In this document: positions 38,190 to 47,980 of the stretch, one piece after another | Numbering within the stretch: the stretch's first letter is position 1 | Layout: each line of letters starts with the position of its first letter | Origin: Deltaproteobacteria bacterium | GTDB taxonomy: Bacteria > Desulfobacterota > GWC2-55-46 | Direction: 5' to 3' | NCBI GenBank assembly: GCA_016177845.1 | Contig: JACOUO010000030.1 | Span: forward strand, 37,649 to 101,648 | DNA: 64,000 nt | Translations under genes and position numbers: made by a program | Notes under the pieces: generated by a model | What the model was told of the DNA's origin: nothing | The model's database searches: none | Seen by the model: only the letters and a program-made list of their open reading frames with translations

Positions 38190-40514
38190 ATGGACAAAGC
38201 CTCAAGGATACATATTACCGGAATAGTGCAGGGAGTCGGCTTCCGTCCCTTTGTCTATAATCTCGCTGGAAAATACAACCTCAAGGGGTTCTGCCTCAAT
38301 GACTCCGAAGGGGTTACAATCGAGGTACAGGGCAATTCCGTTGACAGGTTCATTGATGAACTCAAGGCAGCTCCTCCGCCCCTTTCAAGGATAGAGACAT
38401 TTTCTGTGGAGGATGTAGCCGCTTCCCCCTACACTGATTTCTCAATCAGGGAAAGCCAAAAGAAAGACGGAAAGTTCGTCCTCATATCCCCTGACATAGC
38501 CATATGCCCGGACTGCCTGAGGGAGTTACTGGACCCCGCTGACAGGAGATACCTCTACCCGTTCATAAACTGCACCAATTGCGGCCCGCGGTATTCAATA
38601 GTAAAAGACATACCCTATGACAGGCCGTTTACCACAATGGCCCCTTTCAAATTATGTGCAGACTGCGAGAGCGAATACCATAACCCGGCTGACCGCCGCT
38701 TCCATGCCCAGCCAAACGCATGCGCGCATTGCGGCCCAATGCTCTGGCTTGCGGAAGACCATCTCGCAAAACCTTATGAGGTAAATTATTCGGCAATAAA
38801 GATGGTGCAGGAACTCCTGAAAAAGGGAGCGATACTGGCCATTAAAGGGCTTGGGGGCTTCCACCTTGCCTGCGACGCTGAAAACGATAAGGCTGTAAAG
38901 AAGCTGAGGGAGAGAAAAAGAAAATCCCTTCTCAAAGGCGTAAGCTCAAATAAGCCATTTGCGCTCATGAGCCCTGACATTGAAAAGATAAAGTCCTATG
39001 CCCATGTGTCAAGGCTTGAGCAGGAAACGCTTGAAGGCAGAATAAGGCCTATCGTACTTCTCGAAAAAAAGGATTCGAGGAATCTGTCTGAATCCATCGC
39101 GCCCAATAATACGCGCTACGGAGTGATGCTTCCATATACGCCTATGCATTACCTGCTCTTCAATTCAGAGGCGCATAACTTCAGGGCGCTTGTAATGACA
39201 AGCGGAAATCTATCAGAAGAGCCTATTACCATTTCCAATAATGAAGCTGAGGAGAGGCTTTCAGGCATTGCAGATTATTTTCTCCAGCACAACAGGGACA
39301 TATACATGAGGGTCGATGACTCAATCGTCCGCGCGGACGGAAAGCTCAGGATACTGAGGCGCGCTCGCGGCTTCACACCAAGCCCTATTCACATCGGCGA
39401 AGAGGTGAAAGACATACTGGCCTGCGGTGCTGAACTTAAGAACACATTCTGCATCACGAAAGGAAAGAACGCCATCTTAAGCCAGCACATAGGAGACCTT
39501 GAAAATTTCGAGGCTCTGGAATTTTATAAAGAGACGCTTAAAAACCTTAAGAACTCATTCAGGAGCGAACCCGGGATTATTGCCCATGACATGCATCCTG
39601 ATTACCTGAGCACCAAGTTTGCCTCTGAATATATCGAAGAGAATAATATCAAGCATGAGGATGTCTTTCCCGTACAGCACCACCACGCCCATATTGCAAG
39701 CTGCATGGCTGAGAACGGCTTAAGGCAAAAATGCATCGGGATATCCTTTGACGGCACAGGCTACGGCACTGACGGGAATATCTGGGGAGGAGAATTCCTT
39801 ATAGCGGACAGGTTGGATTTTAAACGGGAGGCCCACTTCAGCTACATCGCTCTGCCCGGAGGGGACAAGGCCGTAAAAGAGCCGTGGAGGGTCGCGCTTT
39901 CATATCTCATGCATACCTATAATGATGAAAACAGCGATGAAGTGAAGCTCTTCCTGAAAAGGTTTGAAAGTAAAGAATCCGATATAATACTTAAGATGAT
40001 AAAAGGCCGCATCAATTCTCCTTTGACATCGAGCGCGGGGAGGCTCTTTGACGCCATCGCCTCCATTATAGGACTAAGGGACAGGATAACATTCGAGGCA
40101 GAGGCTGCCATAGAACTTGAGGCAATTGCCGACAACTCCGTTAAAGAAAGCTATCCTTATGCTGTTGAAAACAGAGAGCCTTCTGAAATTGATCTTAGGC
40201 CTCTTATAATGGCAATAATCAATGACCTGAAAGACGGCATCTCTCTTCCGACAATCTCAGGCAGGTTCCACAATACGATTGCCGATATCATTAAAAATAT
40301 TGCCCGGAAGGTCAGGAGCAGGGATAAAACAAACGATGTGGTCTTAAGCGGAGGCGTGTTTCAGAACAACCTCTTATTGCAAAAAACACAGGAACTCCTT
40401 GAGGCAGAGGGCTTCAAGGTATGGACTCATGGGCAGGTGCCGTCAAATGACGGAGGCATTGCGCTCGGTCAGGCAATTGTCGCATGGGAGAGATTCAAAC
40501 ATAAAGGAGTATAA
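38190..40514 (+). CDS. hypF: Carbamoyltransferase
   Basis: GIVQGVGFRPF acylphosphatase domain; four CxxC zinc motifs; KGLGGFHL; QHHHAH; PSNDGGIALGQ. Confidence 0.96.
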   Translation: MDKASRIHITGIVQGVGFRPFVYNLAGKYNLKGFCLNDSEGVTIEVQGNSVDRFIDELKAAPPPLSRIETFSVEDVAASPYTDFSIRESQKKDGKFVLISPDIAICPDCLRELLDPADRRYLYPFINCTNCGPRYSIVKDIPYDRPFTTMAPFKLCADCESEYHNPADRRFHAQPNACAHCGPMLWLAEDHLAKPYEVNYSAIKMVQELLKKGAILAIKGLGGFHLACDAENDKAVKKLRERKRKSLLKGVSSNKPFALMSPDIEKIKSYAHVSRLEQETLEGRIRPIVLLEKKDSRNLSESIAPNNTRYGVMLPYTPMHYLLFNSEAHNFRALVMTSGNLSEEPITISNNEAEERLSGIADYFLQHNRDIYMRVDDSIVRADGKLRILRRARGFTPSPIHIGEEVKDILACGAELKNTFCITKGKNAILSQHIGDLENFEALEFYKETLKNLKNSFRSEPGIIAHDMHPDYLSTKFASEYIEENNIKHEDVFPVQHHHAHIASCMAENGLRQKCIGISFDGTGYGTDGNIWGGEFLIADRLDFKREAHFSYIALPGGDKAVKEPWRVALSYLMHTYNDENSDEVKLFLKRFESKESDIILKMIKGRINSPLTSSAGRLFDAIASIIGLRDRITFEAEAAIELEAIADNSVKESYPYAVENREPSEIDLRPLIMAIINDLKDGISLPTISGRFHNTIADIIKNIARKVRSRDKTNDVVLSGGVFQNNLLLQKTQELLEAEGFKVWTHGQVPSNDGGIALGQAIVAWERFKHKGV

Positions 40515-40517
40515 AAT

Positions 40518-40733
40518 ATGTGCCTTGGAATTCCGGGCAAGATAATAGAAATAAACGGCTCAACGGCAAAGGTCGATATAGCCGGCACGAGGAAAGAGGC
40601 TTCCATAAAGCTTATGGAAGATGTCAAGGTCGGTGAATTCGTCATCATCCACGCAGGCTTTGCCATAGAAAAGGTCGACGAGCAAAAGGCCAGAGAGACT
40701 CTCGAACTTATAGACGAGGTTATAGAACGATAA
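40518..40733 (+). CDS. hypC: Hydrogenase chaperone
   Basis: MCLGIPG N-terminus; HAGFAI. Confidence 0.96.
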   Translation: MCLGIPGKIIEINGSTAKVDIAGTRKEASIKLMEDVKVGEFVIIHAGFAIEKVDEQKARETLELIDEVIER

Positions 40734-41824
40734 TGAAATACATAGATGAATTCCGCCGAAAAAAAGAAGCGCAGGGGATATTGAAAACAATCCATAAGAT
40801 ATCCCGAAAACGGGTAAACATCATGGAGATATGCGGCACACACACGCATTCGATCTCCAGGTACGGGATACGGGAAGGCCTTCCTGAGAGCATCAAGCTC
40901 ATCTCCGGGCCGGGCTGCCCTGTGTGCGTCACATCCGCAGCGGACATAAACAGGATAATAGAGTTCAGCAAGTCCAGAAAGGACGCTATCATAGCTACCT
41001 TCGGGGACATGATGAGGGTCCCTGGCACTAACTCTTCGCTTCAGGAAGAAAGGGCAAGGGGCGGTGATATAAGGGTAGTCTATTCGCCTCTCGGCACGCT
41101 TGATATCGCAAGGGCAAACCCTGATAAAGAAGTTGTCTTCTATGCCGTAGGGTTTGAGACGACTGTGCCTACAGTTGCCTCCACCATCCTTACAGCCAAA
41201 GAAGAGGGGCTTAAGAACTTATCAGTCCTGTCCCTGCACAAGCTCACGCCTCCAGCAATGAGGGCTCTGCTTGACAGCGGCGAGGTCGAGATAAACGGGT
41301 TTATCTGTCCGGGCCATGTTACGGCCATAATTGGTGCAGGCGCATACGAGTTCCTTGCAACGGATTACAAATCACCCTGTGTCGTAGCGGGCTTTGAGCC
41401 GATTGACGCGCTCATGGGCTTATATATGCTTGTAAAACAGCTTGAAGAGGACAGGTGCGAGATAGAGATAGAATATAATAGAGTAGTCACCTGGGACGGC
41501 AACAAAAAGGCCCAGACTGTAATAGATGAAGTATTCGAGCCTTCCGACAGCCTCTGGAGAGGCATTGGCAATATCCCGAAGAGCGGACTTCAGATAAATG
41601 AAAAATACGCCTTCTTTGATGCCGAGAAGAGGTTTTCAATACCAAAGGGCGAGGATGCAGAGCCCAAGGGCTGCAGGTGCGGCTTAGTGCTTAAAGGCAT
41701 TATGACGCCTGACCAGTGCCCGCTCTTTGCCACGGCGTGCACGCCTGAATCACCGGTTGGCCCTTGCATGGTATCCTCAGAAGGCACATGCGCGGCCTTC
41801 TTCAAATACAGAAGAGTTGCTTGA
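40733..41824 (+). CDS. hypD: Hydrogenase maturation protein
   Basis: CGTHTH, GPGCPVC, GFETT, PGHV, C-terminal Cys cluster. Confidence 0.96.
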   Translation: MKYIDEFRRKKEAQGILKTIHKISRKRVNIMEICGTHTHSISRYGIREGLPESIKLISGPGCPVCVTSAADINRIIEFSKSRKDAIIATFGDMMRVPGTNSSLQEERARGGDIRVVYSPLGTLDIARANPDKEVVFYAVGFETTVPTVASTILTAKEEGLKNLSVLSLHKLTPPAMRALLDSGEVEINGFICPGHVTAIIGAGAYEFLATDYKSPCVVAGFEPIDALMGLYMLVKQLEEDRCEIEIEYNRVVTWDGNKKAQTVIDEVFEPSDSLWRGIGNIPKSGLQINEKYAFFDAEKRFSIPKGEDAEPKGCRCGLVLKGIMTPDQCPLFATACTPESPVGPCMVSSEGTCAAFFKYRRVA

Positions 41825-41841
41825 AATCAAATAGGAGTAAT

Positions 41842-42858
41842 ATGTCCAAAGAAAAAGAAAAGATACTTTTAGCACACGGCAGCGGCGGAATACTGAGCAG
41901 GAGGCTTGTTGAAGAAGTCTTCGCGAAGGCATTCTCAAACCCTCTGCTTGCCCCTTTAAACGATCAGGCCATATTCGAGCTGCCGAATAAAAAACTCGCC
42001 TTCACGACTGATTCATATGTGGTGAACCCTGTATTTTTCCCGGGCGGAGATATCGGCAAGCTATCCGTATGCGGCACAATAAACGACCTTGCTGTAGGAG
42101 GGGCTGAGCCGGTCTATCTGAGCGCTTCATTTATCATCGAAGAGGGCATGGACTTTGATGACCTTAAAAAAATAGTTGATTCAATGTCGAAAACAGCCAA
42201 TGCCGCCGGGGTAAAGATAATCACCGGGGATACAAAGGTTGTTGAACGGGGAAAGGGTGATAAGGTCTTTATAAATACAACAGGTATCGGAGTGGTAAAT
42301 GATGATATTAATCTGACCCCTGCAAACATCAGCCCCGGAGATGTTATCATAGTCTCAGGTTCCATGGGAGACCACGGTATCGCCATCATGACCTTCAGGG
42401 AAGGCATACAGATGGAAGTGCCTGTTGAGAGCGACTGCGCCCCTCTACACCTCCTTGTAAACGATATGCTTACAAAGGCAGGCGGCGTCAAGGCAATGAG
42501 AGACCCCACGAGGGGCGGGCTTGCCACTATCTTAAATGAGTTTGCCTCATCCTCAAACTGCGGGATGATTATCAGGGAAGATGATATCCCCGTAAAAGAA
42601 GAGGTAAAAGGCGCCTGTGAAATTCTTGGGTTTGACCCGCTCTATCTCGCCAATGAAGGAAAACTTGTTGCCGTTGTAGCAAAGGAATATGCCCAAGATG
42701 TGCTCTCGGCAATGAAGGCGAACCCGCTCGGGAAAGATGCCGCTATTATCGGCACTGTATTGAGCGAGCCTAAAGGGAAGGTACTGCTTGAGACTTCAAT
42801 AGGAAATAAGAGGATACTTGACATGCTCTCAGGCGAGCAGCTGCCGAGGATTTGCTGA
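41842..42858 (+). CDS. hypE: Carbamoyl dehydratase
   Basis: AHGSGG, TTDSYV, DPTRGG, C-terminal PRIC; start moved to ATG 41842 after AGGAG. Confidence 0.96.
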   Translation: MSKEKEKILLAHGSGGILSRRLVEEVFAKAFSNPLLAPLNDQAIFELPNKKLAFTTDSYVVNPVFFPGGDIGKLSVCGTINDLAVGGAEPVYLSASFIIEEGMDFDDLKKIVDSMSKTANAAGVKIITGDTKVVERGKGDKVFINTTGIGVVNDDINLTPANISPGDVIIVSGSMGDHGIAIMTFREGIQMEVPVESDCAPLHLLVNDMLTKAGGVKAMRDPTRGGLATILNEFASSSNCGMIIREDDIPVKEEVKGACEILGFDPLYLANEGKLVAVVAKEYAQDVLSAMKANPLGKDAAIIGTVLSEPKGKVLLETSIGNKRILDMLSGEQLPRIC

Positions 42859-42861
42859 TAA

Positions 42862-43257
42862 CTATACGGTCTCGTCCACAAGGTGCTTTTTACCTTCGAG
42901 GTAATCCTCTAACCTCTGAAGGTCTTCTGCCAAATGGTTTCTAAACCGCACCTGCATGCCTTTGGGATATTCAGGGTCATTGGTATTGACTCCAACGACC
43001 TCTCCTTCCAAACGGCACAGCACCTTTTCTTCGGGGATTTCAAAGACAAGCGTCAGCTCTGCCCCTTTGTCCAAAGGGTCTTCCAAGAGTATGAAAATAT
43101 CAGCCTTGTTGATATTCAGGATAAAATCAGGGCAGGCCGCAAATTCCTTTCCTGTGTACTTGATTGACAGGCACACGGGAAAGCGGACCTGTTTACGTTT
43201 ATCCCTGCCCTCAAACTCCTGAACCTCTCCTCCCTTATCGACAAAAAGCTTATCCAT
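42862..43257 (-). CDS. PilZ-domain protein
   Basis: RKQVR RxxxR motif followed by a beta-barrel pattern ending GMQVRF. Confidence 0.7.
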   Translation of the reverse strand: MDKLFVDKGGEVQEFEGRDKRKQVRFPVCLSIKYTGKEFAACPDFILNINKADIFILLEDPLDKGAELTLVFEIPEEKVLCRLEGEVVGVNTNDPEYPKGMQVRFRNHLAEDLQRLEDYLEGKKHLVDETV

Positions 43258-43258
43258 T

Positions 43259-44206
43259 TCAAAACCTCAGCATTGTTTTTAAAACACCTTTTTTAGCCGC
43301 ATGTTCAAAAGCAGCCAGCCCTTCCTCAACAGGAAATATTTTATCGACAAGCGGCATTACATCGACCCTTTTTTCAGCCAAAGCCTTTATCGCAGGCCCG
43401 AAAGGCCCGCACCTTGACCCTGTAATGGTAATCTCATCGATGACTATCTGATTAAGGTCGAATGCGCCCCTGTCGGCAACAGTTGTCTTAAGTACGATAT
43501 TGCCCCTTGGCTTTACAATGCGAAGCGCCTCATTAAGGCCGTCATTCGAGCCTGTGCAATCGACTGCAACATCAAATTCACGCCCAAGCCCGTCTGCATT
43601 GTCCCTTGTTCTCAGGCCTCTGTTTTTAAGTATTGACAGCTTCTCAGGGTGTCTGCCGATAGTTGTTAACCTGCACCCCGTAAGCGCAAGGACCTGCGCG
43701 CACAAAAGCCCAAGCCTGCCGTCCCCGATAACGCAGACCTTTTTATCTTTTAGCTCCACCTGCTCAAGTATCTCAAAGGCCGCCGCAAGCGGCTCAATAA
43801 ATACCGCCTCAAGATAACTGATTGAATCAGGCAGCAGATGGAGGTTCCTGACAGGGAGCGTCACATAATCCGCGAATACCCCGTCTTTTTTGTATATGCC
43901 TAAAACAGTCCTGTTCGGGCAGTGAGTCTTATTGCCGCCAATGCAGAATTCGCATGTCCCACACCAGAGGTTTATCTCTCCTACTACCCTTTTACCTATG
44001 AGACTTTCATCAGCGCACTTCTCTACTATGCCGATGAACTCATGGCCGGGTATGCCCTTAAAGCCCATGTAGCCTTTGGTAATCTCAAGGTCTGTGGCGC
44101 AGATGCCTGCGTAACAGACCCTGATAAGCGCCTCACCGGCATTTGGCACAGGCGTTGGATAGTCAGCACAATATTCAAGTTTTCCGTCAAAAACAAGCGC
44201 TCTCAT
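43259..44206 (-). CDS. Zinc-dependent alcohol dehydrogenase (MDR family)
   Basis: GICATD, GHEFIG, CGTCEFC...HC, GDGRLG. Confidence 0.92.
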   Translation of the reverse strand: MRALVFDGKLEYCADYPTPVPNAGEALIRVCYAGICATDLEITKGYMGFKGIPGHEFIGIVEKCADESLIGKRVVGEINLWCGTCEFCIGGNKTHCPNRTVLGIYKKDGVFADYVTLPVRNLHLLPDSISYLEAVFIEPLAAAFEILEQVELKDKKVCVIGDGRLGLLCAQVLALTGCRLTTIGRHPEKLSILKNRGLRTRDNADGLGREFDVAVDCTGSNDGLNEALRIVKPRGNIVLKTTVADRGAFDLNQIVIDEITITGSRCGPFGPAIKALAEKRVDVMPLVDKIFPVEEGLAAFEHAAKKGVLKTMLRF

Positions 44207-44267
44207 ATAAGACCAGAGTATATCAAAATACGAAAAAAAAGTAATCGGTAATCAAAATACAGGTCTG

Positions 44268-44283
44268 AGTGATTAAAGTCACA
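44268..44283. promoter_or_regulatory. CRP/FNR-family box-like site
   Basis: AGTGA-N6-TCACA, 9/10 match to TGTGA-N6-TCACA, in the divergent adh/ABC intergenic region. Confidence 0.45.
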
Positions 44284-44368
44284 TAATGGTACTTACGATT
44301 TGACTATCCTTTTAGGGGTAAGGCATTTATAATATCCGTAACCATTCAATTTTCAAAGGTTTTTCAAG

Positions 44369-46135
44369 ATGTCTACAGAACAAGGCAAAGGTTGGTTCAA
44401 ACAGGCAGGAAGAGCCCTCCAATTCATCTCCCCCCACAGAAGCTCAATCACCGTAATAATGGCAATGACGCTGGCGGTAGCCGCCCTTGGGGCAATCGAG
44501 CCGCTTATAATGAAGTACTTCTTCGACAGGCTTGGGAACCGCGCAATTGACTCAGTTCTCATCGGGGCTTTCATGCTTATCTCCCTCGGGCTTGCCAGAG
44601 AGATAATAGGAGGCGCATCAAACTGGCTCACCTGGCGGGTAAGGCTCAATGTCAACTACGACCTCCTTGAGGCAACCGTGACACGGCTTCACTCCCTGCC
44701 AATTACCTATCACCGCGAGGAGACTGTTGGCGGTATAATGACCAAACTTGATAAGGGCATCAACGGCTTTGTAAGCGCACTCTCCGAGATAGCGTTCAAT
44801 ATATTTCCGGGCATCGTCTATCTTTTCATCTCCCTTGTGGTCATGCTTGAGCTTGATTGGCGCCTTTCCGGCCTTGTCCTTTTCTTCGCTCCCATTCCGG
44901 CTTTAATCGGCATGTGGGCCGCCAAAGAGCAGACCCAGAGGGATAAAATGCTCATGGACAGCTGGACCGGAATCTTCTCACGCTTCAACGAAGTCCTCTC
45001 CGGCATCCTCACCGTGAAAAGCTTTGTCATGGAGGATGTCGAAAAACACCGTTTCATGCAGGGGGTAAAGGGCGCAAACGAAATGGTCATCAAGGGGGTG
45101 GGCATTGACACAGGGGTAGGGGCGGCAAAAAATGTCGTCGGCATATTTGCGAGGATTGCGGCCCTTGCGGCAGGAGGCTATCTTGTCATCAAGGGAGAGA
45201 TAACAGCAGGCACTCTCGTTGCCTTTCTCGGCTATGCCACCGGGCTTTTCGGCCCTGTGCAGGGGCTTACCGGAATTTATCAGACCTTAAGGCGGGCTAC
45301 AGTTTCGCTTGATATAATCTTTTCCATACTTGACGCCCATGACCATATGAAAGACCTGCCCGGCGCCGGACACATAAAGATAATCGGCGGAGATGTCAGG
45401 TTTGAAAATGTAAGTTTTTCCTATCATAAAAAGGATAACCCCATATTGACCCATATTGACCTGCATATAAAACAGGGTGAAGTTGTCGCCCTTGTAGGCC
45501 CAAGCGGAGCAGGCAAAACAACCATGATGGCGCTTCTGCAACGGCTCTATGACCCCACATTCGGCACGATAAAGATAGACGGAGTTGATATCAGGGAAAT
45601 ACAGCAGAGGTCCTTAAGGCAGCAGATAGGTGTAGTTTCACAGGAGGCGCTGCTGTTCAATGACTCGATTAAAAACAACATCGCTTACGGTAAGCCCTAT
45701 GCCTCGATGAGAGAGATAATTGATGCGGCAAAGGCTGCGCATGCCCATGAGTTCACGGTCAGGCTCAGGGATGGATACGACACAAGGATAGGAGAGAGGG
45801 GAGGCCGCCTGTCAGCAGGTGAAAGGCAACGCCTGAGCATTGCCCGCGCCATCATCAAAGACCCTCCGATACTCATCCTCGATGAGGCGACTTCAGCCCT
45901 TGACGCTGAATCAGAGACTTTTGTTCAGGACGCCCTTGAAGTGCTGATGAAAGACCGCACCACATTTATTATCGCCCACAGGCTCTCAACCGTTGTACGC
46001 GCTGACAGGATACTTGTGCTGAAAGATGGCAGGATAACGGAGATGGGTAGCCATGAGAAGCTTATAAAGCAGGGCGGTTATTATGCCTCTCTCGTGCAGT
46101 GCCAGACAAAGGGGCTTCTTATAGAAGCCGCCTGA
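44369..46135 (+). CDS. ABC exporter, fused TMD-NBD half transporter
   Basis: N-terminal TM helices; GPSGAGKT, LSAGERQR, ILDEATS. Confidence 0.93.
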   Translation: MSTEQGKGWFKQAGRALQFISPHRSSITVIMAMTLAVAALGAIEPLIMKYFFDRLGNRAIDSVLIGAFMLISLGLAREIIGGASNWLTWRVRLNVNYDLLEATVTRLHSLPITYHREETVGGIMTKLDKGINGFVSALSEIAFNIFPGIVYLFISLVVMLELDWRLSGLVLFFAPIPALIGMWAAKEQTQRDKMLMDSWTGIFSRFNEVLSGILTVKSFVMEDVEKHRFMQGVKGANEMVIKGVGIDTGVGAAKNVVGIFARIAALAAGGYLVIKGEITAGTLVAFLGYATGLFGPVQGLTGIYQTLRRATVSLDIIFSILDAHDHMKDLPGAGHIKIIGGDVRFENVSFSYHKKDNPILTHIDLHIKQGEVVALVGPSGAGKTTMMALLQRLYDPTFGTIKIDGVDIREIQQRSLRQQIGVVSQEALLFNDSIKNNIAYGKPYASMREIIDAAKAAHAHEFTVRLRDGYDTRIGERGGRLSAGERQRLSIARAIIKDPPILILDEATSALDAESETFVQDALEVLMKDRTTFIIAHRLSTVVRADRILVLKDGRITEMGSHEKLIKQGGYYASLVQCQTKGLLIEAA

Positions 46136-46786
46136 TCACTTCTTTTTCTTTTTATAAACAGTTTTATAATAGATGCTGTAGTCCTGAATGGGGCATGTGT
46201 CGCAAAGGGGATTTGCCGCTTTGCAGGTCTTTCTGCCATGCTGGATAAAAAGGTGCGTGGTTTTTGTCCACCACTCCTCCGGTATAACGGCGCACAGGTC
46301 TTTTTCAACCTGGTCAGGATTATCGGACTCAGTCAGGCCAAGCCTCCTGGCTACCCTCTTCACATGGGTATCCACGGCAAGGGCATTCTTCCCGAACGCA
46401 TTGCCAAGGACGATATTGGCTGTCTTTCTGCCTACTCCGGGCAGTTCGGTCAGCTCTTCAAGCGTCTCAGGCACTTTTCCGCCGTACTCATCGACTATCA
46501 TCCTGCAGCAGGCCTTTATATTTTTTGCCTTGGTCTTATAATAATTGACCGGGGCTGAGAGCTTTGCCAGCTCTTCTGGGTCAGCTTCTGCAAAGTCTTT
46601 TGCGCTACTGTATTTTTGAAATAGAGCCGGGGTTATCTTATTTACGAGTTTATCTGTGGCCTGGGCTGAAAGGATTGTTGCGATAAGGAGTTCAAGCGGG
46701 TTGGTGAATTCGAGGGCTGTAGTTGCCTCGGGGAATTCTTTTTCCAGTATATCGAGGACTTTTTTTGCCTTTTCTTTTTTATCCAT
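46136..46786 (-). CDS. nth: Endonuclease III
   Basis: ILSAQATD, LPGVGRKTA HhH with catalytic Lys, AVDTHV; Fe-S motif has Ser at the fourth Cys. Confidence 0.92.
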   Translation of the reverse strand: MDKKEKAKKVLDILEKEFPEATTALEFTNPLELLIATILSAQATDKLVNKITPALFQKYSSAKDFAEADPEELAKLSAPVNYYKTKAKNIKACCRMIVDEYGGKVPETLEELTELPGVGRKTANIVLGNAFGKNALAVDTHVKRVARRLGLTESDNPDQVEKDLCAVIPEEWWTKTTHLFIQHGRKTCKAANPLCDTCPIQDYSIYYKTVYKKKKK

Positions 46787-46813
46787 TTGTATGCCGGTCT
46801 TGAGGCTTATGGA

Positions 46814-47830
46814 TTAATAGGTCCTGTCTATGACAAAATCCGCTACGGCAATTAACGCCGCCCTCTCGATATTAGGCTCAAACGAATCAAGGTTCTTCTT
46901 TGCGTCATCAATATACTTATGCGCCCTGTCCATCGTGTAATCGATACCGCCGTATTTCTTTATAAGCTCTATAACGCCCTGAAGCTTGTCGTCTTCAAGG
47001 TCTTCTGATTCGATGGCTTCCCTGATATATTCCCTCTCTGCATCATTGGCCTTTTTAGAGGCCTGTATAAGGGGCATCGTTACCTTGCCTTCCCTTAGAT
47101 CATTGCCTACTGACTTGCCGAGGTCTTCATCCGTTGAGATATAGTCAAGGCAGTCATCCATGAGCTGGTACGCGATTCCCAATCCCATTCCGAAGTTTGC
47201 CAGAGCCACTTCCTTCTCAAGACTTACTTCTCCAAGAATGCCTGCGACCTGTGCTGCCGCTGATATGAGGACAGCGGTCTTGTTCGTGACTACATCGAGG
47301 TAATCCTTCTCGGTCGTGTCCGCGTCGCTGTGCTTTATAAGCTGTAATACCTCGCCTTCAGCCATGCGGGTTGTCGTGTTTGAAAGGACTTTGAGTATCC
47401 TCATATCGCCATTAGCCACGGCAAGCGAGAACGCCTTTGAAAGCAGGTAATCGCCTACAAGGATGCTTGCGCCATCGCCCCAGACAGTATTTGCGGATGC
47501 GCTTCCACGCCTTAAGTTCGCGTTATCAACTACATCGTCGTGAAGGAGGGTAGCGGTGTGGATGAACTCAATTACTCCGGCAAGCGCAATTTGCTTATCG
47601 CCGGTATAGTTGCAAAGGCGCGCGGCAAGGAGCATTATCATGGGCCTGAACCTTTTGCCGCCGCTCTTCAATATGTATTCGCCAACCTTGCTTACCAGGT
47701 AAACATCGGAATTGAGGTTTTTCTTAAAGCCGTCTTCCATCTTCCTGATGTCGTCTTTTATGAGGTCAAAGGCTTCCTGAATATGCATGAGTGCTGGCTC
47801 CGTGGCTGTCTCTTTTAGCTTCTTGTCCAT
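46814..47830 (-). CDS. Polyprenyl diphosphate synthase (IspB/HepT-like)
   Basis: GGKRFRP, HDDVVD...RRG, QLMDDCLD, GKVTMP. Confidence 0.92.
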   Translation of the reverse strand: MDKKLKETATEPALMHIQEAFDLIKDDIRKMEDGFKKNLNSDVYLVSKVGEYILKSGGKRFRPMIMLLAARLCNYTGDKQIALAGVIEFIHTATLLHDDVVDNANLRRGSASANTVWGDGASILVGDYLLSKAFSLAVANGDMRILKVLSNTTTRMAEGEVLQLIKHSDADTTEKDYLDVVTNKTAVLISAAAQVAGILGEVSLEKEVALANFGMGLGIAYQLMDDCLDYISTDEDLGKSVGNDLREGKVTMPLIQASKKANDAEREYIREAIESEDLEDDKLQGVIELIKKYGGIDYTMDRAHKYIDDAKKNLDSFEPNIERAALIAVADFVIDRTY

Positions 47831-47980
47831 TTTTTTATTCCGGGAAATTAAAACAGAAAATCCCCCTAAGCTTTCGCTTTGAAAATTGATAATTTCAGGG
47901 GTTTTTATGGGTTAGATGTTACCCCATATACGCTGTCCTGTCAAAGATATTTTAATTAACCCAATGTTTTACTTGGATTT

